The position numbers and the translations under genes were made by a program. The notes under the pieces are model-generated. The model saw only the letters and a list, made by a program, of their open reading frames with translations, had not been told where the DNA came from and searched no databases. A stretch of 64,000 nt of DNA from Planctomycetota bacterium (GTDB lineage: Bacteria; Planctomycetota; MHYJ01; WSZJ01), in the NCBI GenBank assembly GCA_038060895.1, contig JBBTCT010000009.1, forward strand, positions 368,082-432,081, written 5' to 3'. Shown in pieces: positions 39,516 to 48,263 of the stretch (the first letter of the stretch is position 1; the number at the start of each line of letters is the position of its first letter).

Positions 39516-39881
39516 CTACAGCGCGACTCGCTGGACCCCTTTCACGAGAGTCGGAAGGCCGAAGTTCAGGATGAGGGCCCGCTTCATTCCCGTACACCGC
39601 AGGTAGGAGATTGCCTGCGCCAGGAATAGATCGTCATTGGGACGCTGGGACTTCACTTCAACGATGACAGCGCCATACCCAATCAGGTCTATCCTCTGGC
39701 CCTTGATCATCCGTCCCTTGTATATGACGTCGACTTTGCGCTGCCGCTCGAACGGAACACCTTGAATCTCGAATTCGACGCAGAGCGCTTCTTCATAAAT
39801 GGACTCAAGCAGCCCAGGTCCGAGCACTCGATGAACCTCAATGGCCGCTGCCAGAATCTTCTCCGTCATCGCATCTCCCAT
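39516..39881 (-). CDS. GxxExxY protein (PD-(D/E)XK nuclease-like)
   Basis: VHRVLGPGLLESIYEEAL, RIDLI, VIVEVKS, QAISYL, LILNFG. Confidence 0.93.
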   Translation of the reverse strand: MGDAMTEKILAAAIEVHRVLGPGLLESIYEEALCVEFEIQGVPFERQRKVDVIYKGRMIKGQRIDLIGYGAVIVEVKSQRPNDDLFLAQAISYLRCTGMKRALILNFGLPTLVKGVQRVAL

Positions 39882-39882
39882 A

Positions 39883-41253
39883 CTATGCCCTCCTCTGTGA
39901 TCTCTGTGTCCTCTGTGGCTCCAGTCTTTCAAGCGCATCCTCCACCGACGCCACCGGGTCCACCTGAATGCCATTCCCGTGCTTGATCCCCGGCGCGGGC
40001 ACCAGAATTCTTCTGAACCCCAGCCGCTCCGCCTCTTCCACCCTTGCCTCCACCGGCCCGCATGGCCGGATCTCGCCACCCAGCCCGACTTCGCCCACGA
40101 CCGCCGTATCGTGCGGGAACGGCCGATCGAGAAAGGCCGACGCCACCGCCAGCGCAACCGCCAGGTCGCACGACGGATCTTCCAGCTTCGCGCCTCCCGC
40201 GGTCGCGACGAACACGTCCTCCCCGCTGAGCTGGATCCCGGCGCGCTTCTCCAGCACCGCCAGCAGGACCGCCAGTCGCGTCGCGTCGACCCCATTCGCC
40301 CTTCGCGCCGGCGTTCCGTAGCCGGACTTCGTGGTGAGTGCCTGCACGTCGACGAGAAGCGTCCTCGTTCCCACCAGCGCCGGCGTCACGACCACTCCCG
40401 GCAGGACGTGCGCCGTGCGGCTCAGGAAGTAGCGCGAGGGATTCGCGACATCCTGCAGGCCGCTTCCCGACATCTCGAAAATCCCTACTTCACCGGTGGA
40501 GCCGAAGCGGTTCTTGACGCCGCGGAGGAGGCGGTAGTCCTGGAGGCGGTCACCCTCGAGGTAGAGCACCGCATCGACGAGGTGCTCGAGCGTCCGCGGG
40601 CCGGCGACCGAGCCTTCCTTTGTCACGTGGCCGATCAGGACGAGCGCGTGCCCGGCGGACTTTGCGGCGCCGGTGAGCCTCGCGGCGCATTCACGGACCT
40701 GCGTGAGGGAGCCGGGGACGGAAGGCAGGTCCGGGTGTGCGACCGTCTGGATGGAATCGATGACGACCAGGTCGGGATTTCGCGCCGCGATCTCCGCGGC
40801 GAATTCCACCAGGTTCGTGCCGCTCCCCACGAGCAGCCCCGGCGCGTTGGCGCCGACGCGGCGGCCGCGCATGGCGACCTGGGAAGCGGATTCTTCGCCA
40901 GAGAGATAGAGGACGGTGCGTCCGGCGCGCGCGGCGCGATCGGCGGCCTGCAGCATCAGGGTCGATTTGCCGACGCCCGGGTCGCCCCCGACCAGGACGG
41001 CGGAACCGCGAACGAAACCGCCCCCGAGAACGCGGTCCATCTCGCGGGAACCGGACGAAAAGCGCTCCTCGGCGCTTTCCGGGACGTCGGCCAGGGGCCG
41101 GGCCCGGTCGCGGCCGACCGCCCACCCGGTCGCGTCGTCAGGGGCGGAGAGGTCGGGCTCGAAGCAGTTCCATTCGCCACAGGACGGACAGCGGCCGAGC
41201 CTTTTGGGGGAAGCGTGGCCGCAGTGGAGGCAATTGAAGGTGGACCGGGGCAC
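39883..41253 (-). CDS. radA: DNA repair protein RadA/Sms
   Basis: C4 zinc finger, GDPGVGKSTL, IDSIQT, GHVTKEG, KNRFG, Lon-like C-terminal domain GEVGLGGEIR. Confidence 0.96.
   Translation of the reverse strand: MPRSTFNCLHCGHASPKRLGRCPSCGEWNCFEPDLSAPDDATGWAVGRDRARPLADVPESAEERFSSGSREMDRVLGGGFVRGSAVLVGGDPGVGKSTLMLQAADRAARAGRTVLYLSGEESASQVAMRGRRVGANAPGLLVGSGTNLVEFAAEIAARNPDLVVIDSIQTVAHPDLPSVPGSLTQVRECAARLTGAAKSAGHALVLIGHVTKEGSVAGPRTLEHLVDAVLYLEGDRLQDYRLLRGVKNRFGSTGEVGIFEMSGSGLQDVANPSRYFLSRTAHVLPGVVVTPALVGTRTLLVDVQALTTKSGYGTPARRANGVDATRLAVLLAVLEKRAGIQLSGEDVFVATAGGAKLEDPSCDLAVALAVASAFLDRPFPHDTAVVGEVGLGGEIRPCGPVEARVEEAERLGFRRILVPAPGIKHGNGIQVDPVASVEDALERLEPQRTQRSQRRA
39891..39919. repeat. Right 29-bp inverted repeat flanking the GxxExxY gene
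   Basis: TCCTCTGTGATCTCTGTGTCCTCTGTGGC; lies within the last codons of radA. Confidence 0.9.
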
Positions 41254-41309
41254 GGGCGAGCTCCTGAAGTGGGTGTGCAGTCTCCGTAGCCATCATCACA
41301 TCAACAGCG

Positions 41310-41338
41310 ATTATTGAGTATAGATGGATGGTTGTCAA
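41310..41338 (-). promoter_or_regulatory. Putative sigma70 promoter for the radA operon
   Basis: Minus strand TTGACA-N17-AATAAT in an AT-rich divergent intergenic region. Confidence 0.5.
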
Positions 41339-41376
41339 GTGCATTTCCGGATTGCGCTTCCGAATATGGATCTCCC

Positions 41377-42084
41377 ATGACCGAAACCCGCACCGGCGGC
41401 GATCACTCCGATTTCGGCGCGACCCTCTGGAGCGTCGTCCTCCGCGCCCGGGATCCCGGCGCGCCGGACCGCCGCGCCGCCCTGGACCAGCTCGTCCGCG
41501 CCTACTGGAAGCCCGTCTACTTCTTCGTCCGTCGCCGCGGCCATGACGTCGAATCGGCGAAAGACTACACCCAGGGCTTTTTCGCGGCCTTCCTCGAAAA
41601 GGACTTCCTTGCCGCCGTGGACCGCTCCCGCGGCCGCTTCAAGTCATTCGTCCTCGCGGCCCTGCAGCACTTTCTGTCGAAGGAGTACGACCGGGAACGA
41701 ACGCTGAAGCGAGGAGGGGGAGTAAAGACCTTCGCGCTGGAATTCGACGGGGGCGAAATCGAACCCGGGCATTCCGAGACGCCCGAAAAGGCGTTCGCCC
41801 GCAGCTGGGCGACCATCCTTGTCGGACGCGTCATGGAGCGCTATCGGGCCGAATGCCGGGAACGCGGCGCAGAAAAGGCTGCGGAAGCGTTGAAGCTGCA
41901 TCTCGAGGGCAAGGCCTACGCCGAGGTGTCCGCCGCATTGCGCGTCTCGGTCAAGGACGTCACCAACTGGCTCCACCGCGGGCGGCAGCGCCTGAAAGAG
42001 CTGACCGAAGACGAGGTGCGGCCGACGGTTGCATCGGAAGATGATCTGCGGCAGGAAATGCGCGATATTCTCGAAATGCTGTGA
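41377..42084 (+). CDS. ECF sigma factor (kinase-associated type)
   Basis: FGATLWSVV, YWKPVYFFVRRRG, RGRFKSF, region 4 YAEVSAAL..VTNWLHRGRQRL; immediately upstream of a Ser/Thr kinase. Confidence 0.9.
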   Translation: MTETRTGGDHSDFGATLWSVVLRARDPGAPDRRAALDQLVRAYWKPVYFFVRRRGHDVESAKDYTQGFFAAFLEKDFLAAVDRSRGRFKSFVLAALQHFLSKEYDRERTLKRGGGVKTFALEFDGGEIEPGHSETPEKAFARSWATILVGRVMERYRAECRERGAEKAAEALKLHLEGKAYAEVSAALRVSVKDVTNWLHRGRQRLKELTEDEVRPTVASEDDLRQEMRDILEML

Positions 42085-42116
42085 GAGTAACCCTCGCGTT
42101 TCCGTCTTGGTAGGTC

Positions 42117-43826
42117 ATGAGCGACACCACCTGCCCCAAGTGCCAGACGACGTTCGCTTCCCGCCCCGGCGACGGAGGCGAGGAAGTCTGTCCGCGCTGC
42201 CTCATGAAGTTCGTCCTCGGCTCAGCCGGGTCGACCGCCACGGTCCTGTCCTCGGACCCCCGCGTGGGAACCTTGTTCCGTGGAATGGAAGTGCTCGCCG
42301 TGCTTGGCCGCGGCGGAATGGGCGTGGTGTACCGCGCCCGCCAGAAAGACCTCGGGCGTGAGGTCGCCCTCAAGCTCGTCTCCGACGCGCTGGCCGGCGA
42401 CGCGGAATTCGTCGAGCGCTTCCGTCGCGAGGCGAAAGTCCTGTCCTCGCTCTCGCACCCGAACATCGTCGCCGTTCACGAATTTGGATTCGAAGGGGGC
42501 GTCCCTTTCCTGGTCATGGAACTGGTGGAGGGCAGCAACCTTCGGAAGTTGCTCGGCCCGAAGAAGCTCGCGGCGGAAAGCGCGCTTCGCATCATCCCGC
42601 AAGTCTGCGAGGCGCTGGAGTACGCGCATCGTGCGGGGGTGGTGCATCGGGATATCAAGCCGGAGAACATCCTGGTCACTCCGGACGGCCGGGTGAAGAT
42701 TGCGGACTTCGGGCTTGCGCGACTGTCCGAGAGCGGAGTTTCCCTGACGCGCACTGACGCGACGATGGGGACGCCGCAGTACATGGCGCCGGAGCAGGTC
42801 GAGAATTCGAAGGGCGTGGATCATCGTGCGGACATCTACTCGATGGGCGTCGTGTTCTACGAGATGCTGACCGGTGAACTGCCACTGGGCCGCTTCGAGC
42901 CCCCTTCCTGTCGCGCTTCCGTAAACGCGGCCTTCGACCCGATCGTCCTGAAGGCGCTCGAGCGTCGTCCCGAGCAGCGCTACCAGCAGGCGAGCGAAGT
43001 CCGCGCGGACGTGGCCCGAGTGCCGGCCGGAGGGGCCGGGCGGGTGAAGCCGTCGCCGGCGAGGCTGGCAATCGTGTGGTGCGCCTTGATGGTACTGATC
43101 CTCATCATGGCGCTGGCAAAGAGCGCGGATTACCTCTTCTGGGGCCCGTGGCTCTGGGTGCTCCTCGCTCTTTCCCTCGGCGGGGCATGGTTCGAAAACC
43201 GCTCCCGGGCCCGCAACCCGGGTGGCCTGAGTCCCAAGGCGACCTGGGCCGGCATCGGCGTCCTGCTCGCCGTCGGCATCCTCTCCATCAGCATCGCCGT
43301 GACGATGACAACGCCGGACCGCATGATCGCGATTCTCCTGGGTTCCGGAAGCGCGCTCCTGGGCCTCTCGCACGTCGTCTCCCGTCTGGGCTCGGATTCC
43401 CGGAGAATGATGGCTTCGCTCGCAATTTCATCGCCCTTCGCCGTCACGGTTCTCCTGGCGGCGGGCTGGGTCATCGCGGACGAAATCCGCTACGCCGACA
43501 AGCCCAGGGCCTTCAAGGGACTTGACGCCGGGCTCGACAGAACCGAAGTCCTGCGTCGCATCGGCGAGCCCCATGGAATCTGGCACACCGGCCCGGTGGC
43601 CGAAGTGCCGGTCGGCGGCGACCCGCTTGTCAGGACGCTGGCGCAGAATGAAGTCTGGTCTTATGGCCGCCAGCGCCTCTTCAAATGGCAGGCGAGTCCG
43701 GCGTTTTTCGTCCTCGCGAATGACCGCAGCGGGACCGGCCCCGCCCCCTGGGAATTCCAGGTCGAGTTCGGACTGAATGGCCGCGTGCTGAAGCTGCACA
43801 CGCCGGAGATCTCCCATTCCCGCTGA
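42117..43826 (+). CDS. Membrane Ser/Thr protein kinase with N-terminal Zn-ribbon, several TM helices and a BamE/SmpA-like C-terminal domain
   Basis: CPKC..CPRC, GRGGMGVV, HRDIKPEN, DFGLAR, GTPQYMAPE. Confidence 0.92.
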   Translation: MSDTTCPKCQTTFASRPGDGGEEVCPRCLMKFVLGSAGSTATVLSSDPRVGTLFRGMEVLAVLGRGGMGVVYRARQKDLGREVALKLVSDALAGDAEFVERFRREAKVLSSLSHPNIVAVHEFGFEGGVPFLVMELVEGSNLRKLLGPKKLAAESALRIIPQVCEALEYAHRAGVVHRDIKPENILVTPDGRVKIADFGLARLSESGVSLTRTDATMGTPQYMAPEQVENSKGVDHRADIYSMGVVFYEMLTGELPLGRFEPPSCRASVNAAFDPIVLKALERRPEQRYQQASEVRADVARVPAGGAGRVKPSPARLAIVWCALMVLILIMALAKSADYLFWGPWLWVLLALSLGGAWFENRSRARNPGGLSPKATWAGIGVLLAVGILSISIAVTMTTPDRMIAILLGSGSALLGLSHVVSRLGSDSRRMMASLAISSPFAVTVLLAAGWVIADEIRYADKPRAFKGLDAGLDRTEVLRRIGEPHGIWHTGPVAEVPVGGDPLVRTLAQNEVWSYGRQRLFKWQASPAFFVLANDRSGTGPAPWEFQVEFGLNGRVLKLHTPEISHSR

Positions 43827-43849
43827 AGCGCGCTTAAGATGGCGGTCGA

Positions 43850-44377
43850 ATGAAAAACGTCGATCCCCAGCAGATCTACGACATCACACGTCCGCACAAA
43901 AACCTCTTCTGGCTCTATTTCATCCAGTCCTGCTTCGGCACCGTGCTCCATCCGGTCATTTTCCTGCCGCTCTATTTCCGATTCCACACGCTCAAGTACC
44001 ACTTCGACCAGGAAGGCGTTTCGGCCTCGTGGGGCATCCTCTTCCGCCGCGAAGTCGTTCTCACCTACGCGCGCATCCAGGACATTCACCTTTCGCGGAA
44101 CATCTTCGAGCGGTGGCTCGGCATCGGGACAGTGCAGATCCAGACCGCCGCGGGGAGCTCTTCCGCGGAAATGTCCATCGAGGGCACCGACCGTTTCGAA
44201 GAGATCCGCGATTTCCTCTACTCCCGGATGCGCGGTCACGAGAAGGCGAAGCCTGCGGCCTCGGCGGGAGGTCCGGCGCCCGCGTCCGGCGGGGAGGCCG
44301 TCGCGATCCTCAGGGAAATCCGCGAGGACCTGCGCGCGGTGCGGGAAGCGGTCGAGAGGAGGAAGGGCGATGTATGA
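43850..44377 (+). CDS. Bacterial PH-domain (bPH_2/YdbS-like) membrane protein
   Basis: TM hairpin, WGILFRRE, RIQDI, ERWLGIGTV.IQTAAG. Confidence 0.85.
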   Translation: MKNVDPQQIYDITRPHKNLFWLYFIQSCFGTVLHPVIFLPLYFRFHTLKYHFDQEGVSASWGILFRREVVLTYARIQDIHLSRNIFERWLGIGTVQIQTAAGSSSAEMSIEGTDRFEEIRDFLYSRMRGHEKAKPAASAGGPAPASGGEAVAILREIREDLRAVREAVERRKGDV

Positions 44378-45116
44378 ATCCCTGAAGCGGGTTGCCCTGC
44401 ACCTGTTGAAGATTCCAGAGGCTCCGCCGGAAGAGCCGTCCGGCACCCACGAGAGCGTCGTGGTGTTCCGCGCTTCGCCGCACTACCTGACATACCTGCT
44501 GATCCCTATGTGGCTGACGGTTGCCATGGCGGGGGTCGGGCTGCTCGTCGCCGATACTGCCGTCGCGCTCGCGCTGCTGCAGAAGGGGCTTGCGTGGCTG
44601 AGCGTGGTGGTCTGGCTGGTTGCCGCCGTCCTGATCGTCGTCAAGGCGACGGTGTTCTACGTGACGACGCGGTTGAATTACGAAATGCGGTGGTACATCG
44701 TGACCGACAGGTCGCTTCGGATCCGCGAGGGTGTCTGGATGGTGCGTGAGGTCACGCTGACCTTCGCCAACGTCCAGAACATCAACATCATTCAGGGACC
44801 CTTGCAGCGGTACTTCGGCATCAGCGACCTGATTGTGGAGACGGCGGGCGGCGGCGTGGGCGGCGGGCACGGCGCGCAGGGCCTCGCGCTCGCCCATCAC
44901 GGCGTGCTGCGCGGGATTGAGAACGCCCACGAGGTGCGAGACCGGATCCAGAATCTTCTGCGCGCCTACCGCGCGTCGGGACTTGGCGACCCGGATGACA
45001 AGAAGGCCGCCGCGGCGCCGGAAGCCGGACCGGCGGCTTTCGACGGGGAATTCGTCGAAGTGTTGCGCGGGATGCGGGACGAGGCGAAGCGGCTGAGATC
45101 GGCGATCGGGGCCTGA
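44370..45116 (+). CDS. Bacterial PH-domain (bPH_2) membrane protein
   Basis: YIVTDRSLRIREG, NVQNI, QGPLQRYFGI, VETAGG. Confidence 0.85.
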   Translation: MYESLKRVALHLLKIPEAPPEEPSGTHESVVVFRASPHYLTYLLIPMWLTVAMAGVGLLVADTAVALALLQKGLAWLSVVVWLVAAVLIVVKATVFYVTTRLNYEMRWYIVTDRSLRIREGVWMVREVTLTFANVQNINIIQGPLQRYFGISDLIVETAGGGVGGGHGAQGLALAHHGVLRGIENAHEVRDRIQNLLRAYRASGLGDPDDKKAAAAPEAGPAAFDGEFVEVLRGMRDEAKRLRSAIGA

Positions 45117-45197
45117 CCGGGTGCACCAGTCGTACTTGCGGACCGCATTGACTATAATCTCCTCCTCGCGCCAGGGGGGACTTTCGGAGGTGGACCG

Positions 45198-46526
45198 ATG
45201 CGCGTTCTTGCCGCGCTCGCCGCTCTTTTCGCCGCTTCGTCATCCGCGTTCGCCGACGGGGACTGGGATCCCGCAGGCGGTCCTGGGATCAATTCCTCAT
45301 CGAACATCGGACTGACGGCGCTTCGAGCTTTCAATACCTTCCTCTACATCGGGACGGAGAATCCGTCGCTCGGCGCGCGGATCTACAGGACCAACGACGG
45401 CGTCGCGTTTACCACGGTCGCGACCGGCGGGTTCGGCGACGGCGTGACAAAGATCACCGAATTCGAAGAGTTCAGCGGGGTGCTGTACTGCGGCACGGCT
45501 TCACCTGCGGGCGGCTCGGTGTACCGTTCTTCCGACGGCCTGGTGTGGACGCTGGTGAGCCCGGTGGGGCTTGGAAGCGCGACGAATGCGGAAGTGACGG
45601 CGCTCGCGATTTATTCGGGAGCGATCTACGCGGCGACGCGGAAAACAGGCGGCGGCGGCGCGGAATTGTGGAAGTCGACCGACGGCACGACGTGGACGAC
45701 GTCGATCACGACCACGGGATTTGGCGACGCGGACAACACGGCCATCAACGATCTCGAGGTCTCGTCATCGTTCCTGTATGCCGCAACGACGAACACCGTG
45801 GACGGCGGAAACTACGTGCAGATCACGTCCGGCGGGACGTTCACCATCCTCGTCAATGACGGATTCTCGAGCAGCGCCAACACGGCGTTCACCGCGCTGG
45901 AGCTGTACCGCGGCGAGATGTACATCGGAACCCGCAACTCGTCCAACGGTTATGAAGTCTGGGCGACGCCCGACAATTTTGGGTTCTTTCGCCGCCTCAA
46001 GGACGGCGGCAGCGACCCGCAGAACGTGCTCGTCACCGACCTCGAACGCTTCGGTGACTTCCTGTACGTCGGCGTCGAATCGGTCGGCGAACCCTTCGAG
46101 GTTCTACGCACCTTCGACGGATTCAACTACGACCAGGAGGACGCCGACGGATTCGACAACCCTGCAAACTTCCGTGCGAACGATTTCGCGGATTACGCCA
46201 ACAACATCTGGTGCGGCACCAGCAACCCCGCGGGCGGCGACCTGTACGAAACGGAGCTTCCCTCCAGCGGGAGTTTCTCGGCGTCCTCAGACGACGACGA
46301 TTCTCACAGCTGGAGGTCCCGCTGCTTCGTGGCAACGGCAGCGTACGGATCCCCGGCCGTCCCTCGCGTCGCCGAACTTCGCCGCATCAGGGACCAGCGC
46401 GTCGAAGCTTGCGTGGCAGGGCGACGCTTCACCGATCTGTACCGCGCTTCCGCCCCTCCGGTGGCCGAAGTGGTCCATGGATCGGAAGTGCTGCGGGCCC
46501 TGCTCCGGCGGACGTTGCTGAAGTAG
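45198..46526 (+). CDS. Exported beta-propeller protein with C-terminal CFI-box-CTERM domain
   Basis: Signal peptide, repeats LY.GT....GG..YRS.DG..W, GFG repeats, Ser/Asp linker, RCFVATAAYGS..LRRIRD. Confidence 0.8.
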   Translation: MRVLAALAALFAASSSAFADGDWDPAGGPGINSSSNIGLTALRAFNTFLYIGTENPSLGARIYRTNDGVAFTTVATGGFGDGVTKITEFEEFSGVLYCGTASPAGGSVYRSSDGLVWTLVSPVGLGSATNAEVTALAIYSGAIYAATRKTGGGGAELWKSTDGTTWTTSITTTGFGDADNTAINDLEVSSSFLYAATTNTVDGGNYVQITSGGTFTILVNDGFSSSANTAFTALELYRGEMYIGTRNSSNGYEVWATPDNFGFFRRLKDGGSDPQNVLVTDLERFGDFLYVGVESVGEPFEVLRTFDGFNYDQEDADGFDNPANFRANDFADYANNIWCGTSNPAGGDLYETELPSSGSFSASSDDDDSHSWRSRCFVATAAYGSPAVPRVAELRRIRDQRVEACVAGRRFTDLYRASAPPVAEVVHGSEVLRALLRRTLLK

Positions 46527-46660
46527 GCGCGTGGCGCTCGCCCGCTCCGCAAGTCCACGCTTCCGGCGCGTGCGAAGCGCGGCGTTCGCGGTTATTCTCC
46601 CACCCAACCGCTTTGCCGGACGGTCGTTAAAGAAGCGGACCACGGTACCCGGAGAAGCCC

Positions 46661-47524
46661 ATGCGCCGAGTTTTACCCGCCCTGATTGCGTTCGCCGCTC
46701 TCGCCGGATGCAAAGCGACGCAGCTTGCGCCTGACCAGCTTTCGATCGAAGAAGAAGAGTGGATCCTGCAGGTGAGCGACGAGGTCTGGAAATACGAAGT
46801 TGCCCGGACCTCGGGGCTGGACGGTGATCAGAGCGACGCCAAGCACCGCATGATGCGCATCGCCGAGGATCAGCGCGAGTTGCTCACCAAGGCTCTCCAT
46901 TGCAACGACTGGCGCGCCAGAAAAATCGCCGCCGGCGCGTTGGGATTTGCCGAGCGGGATGACGTCATCGGGATGCTGGTCGACGTGGTCCAGAACGACC
47001 CTGACCTCGAAGCTCGAAAAGGGGCGTTGTGGGGGCTGGCGGTGAAAGGAAGCGAACGGACCCCTGTGGAGTCCATCGTGGCGCTTCTGAACGATCCGGA
47101 CTCGGAAACCCGCCTGATGGGGCTCGGCGCGCTCGCGAAAATCCTCCGGCGGAACGTGGACCAGGGAGCTCTTCCCCGGGTGCTCGAGATGCTCGGCGAC
47201 CCTGACTGGAAAGTTCGCGGCCAGGCGGTGCTGGTCCTAGCACGGGTCGGCAGAAGGGACACGATCAAGCCGATCATGGAGAAGCCGCTCAAGGACGAGA
47301 ATGCCATGGTCAGGCTGCACGCCGTCGGGGCGCTCCAGGTGATCTCTCACGAAGAGAGCGTCGAACCGCTGATCGGTGCGCTGACTGATCCCGACCCGAG
47401 GGTGGCGGACACTGCAAGCAGATCGCTGGAGATCCTGACCGGACAGAAGTTCGGGAAGGAGCCGGAGAAATGGATGTTCTGGTGGAAGAAGCGGTTGGAA
47501 CTGGGGATGGGCCTGGATCATTAA
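46661..47524 (+). CDS. HEAT-repeat lipoprotein
   Basis: Lipobox LAGC; L.DPD..VR..A repeats. Confidence 0.85.
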   Translation: MRRVLPALIAFAALAGCKATQLAPDQLSIEEEEWILQVSDEVWKYEVARTSGLDGDQSDAKHRMMRIAEDQRELLTKALHCNDWRARKIAAGALGFAERDDVIGMLVDVVQNDPDLEARKGALWGLAVKGSERTPVESIVALLNDPDSETRLMGLGALAKILRRNVDQGALPRVLEMLGDPDWKVRGQAVLVLARVGRRDTIKPIMEKPLKDENAMVRLHAVGALQVISHEESVEPLIGALTDPDPRVADTASRSLEILTGQKFGKEPEKWMFWWKKRLELGMGLDH

Positions 47525-48222
47525 GGGTAGCGCCCGGCAAGCGCCGCGACTCCCAGCACCGCTGCGGTCTCAATCCGGAGGATGTGCGGCCCGAGCTTCA
47601 CCGATGGAAGCGACGACAGCGAGATTCGCTCTTCCGCGTCCCATCCTCCCTCGGGCCCGACGAACACCAGCGCGTCCCCTGCCGTCGCCGGAACGCCGCT
47701 TCCTGCGATGTCGGCAAGGAGTCGAAGCGACCACCCGGTGGTGAGGGCAAGCACTTCCGCGAGCGGCCTCGGTTCCAGCAACTCGGGGACGGTCGCGCGC
47801 CCGCATTGCTTGGCGGCTTCCGTGGCAATCCGATCCCAGCGTGCGCGTTTCGAAGCGCCTTCCGCGGTGGCGACGCCACGTGCCGTAAGAACAGGGAAGA
47901 AAACATCGAGCCCCGCTTCGACGCACTTTTCGATCATCCAGTCCGCTCGCGCCCCCTTGGGGATCGCCGCTGCCAGGCCGACGCGGTGGCCCGCCGGCCC
48001 CGAGCCCCCGGTTGCACTTTCGGTCGCCAGAATCTCAACCCGCGCGGAAGTCCCTTCCAGTCCTACGAACCTCGCCATGGCGCGCCGCCCCCGGCCGTCT
48101 ACCAGCCGGATTTCGTCACCCGGTTTCGCCCTCAGGACGGTCTTCAGGTGGCGAGACTCCCCCGGCGGCAGCAGCGCCGCGCCGCGCTCGGGAATGTCGG
48201 GACACAGGAAGGTACGCTTCAT
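47521..48222 (-). CDS. rsmE: 16S rRNA m3U1498 methyltransferase
   Basis: HLKTVLR, EKCVEAG, EAAKQCGR, VGPEGG, LGPHILRIETA. Confidence 0.93.
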   Translation of the reverse strand: MKRTFLCPDIPERGAALLPPGESRHLKTVLRAKPGDEIRLVDGRGRRAMARFVGLEGTSARVEILATESATGGSGPAGHRVGLAAAIPKGARADWMIEKCVEAGLDVFFPVLTARGVATAEGASKRARWDRIATEAAKQCGRATVPELLEPRPLAEVLALTTGWSLRLLADIAGSGVPATAGDALVFVGPEGGWDAEERISLSSLPSVKLGPHILRIETAAVLGVAALAGRYP

Positions 48223-48263
48223 CGCAATCGAGGTCCGGGACGATAACATGGAGTCACCTCCCC

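Noticed and set aside
39484-39919. CRISPR or classical IS interpretation of the CACAGAG repeats
   Set aside because: No spacers or cas genes; no DDE/HUH transposase or target-site duplication.
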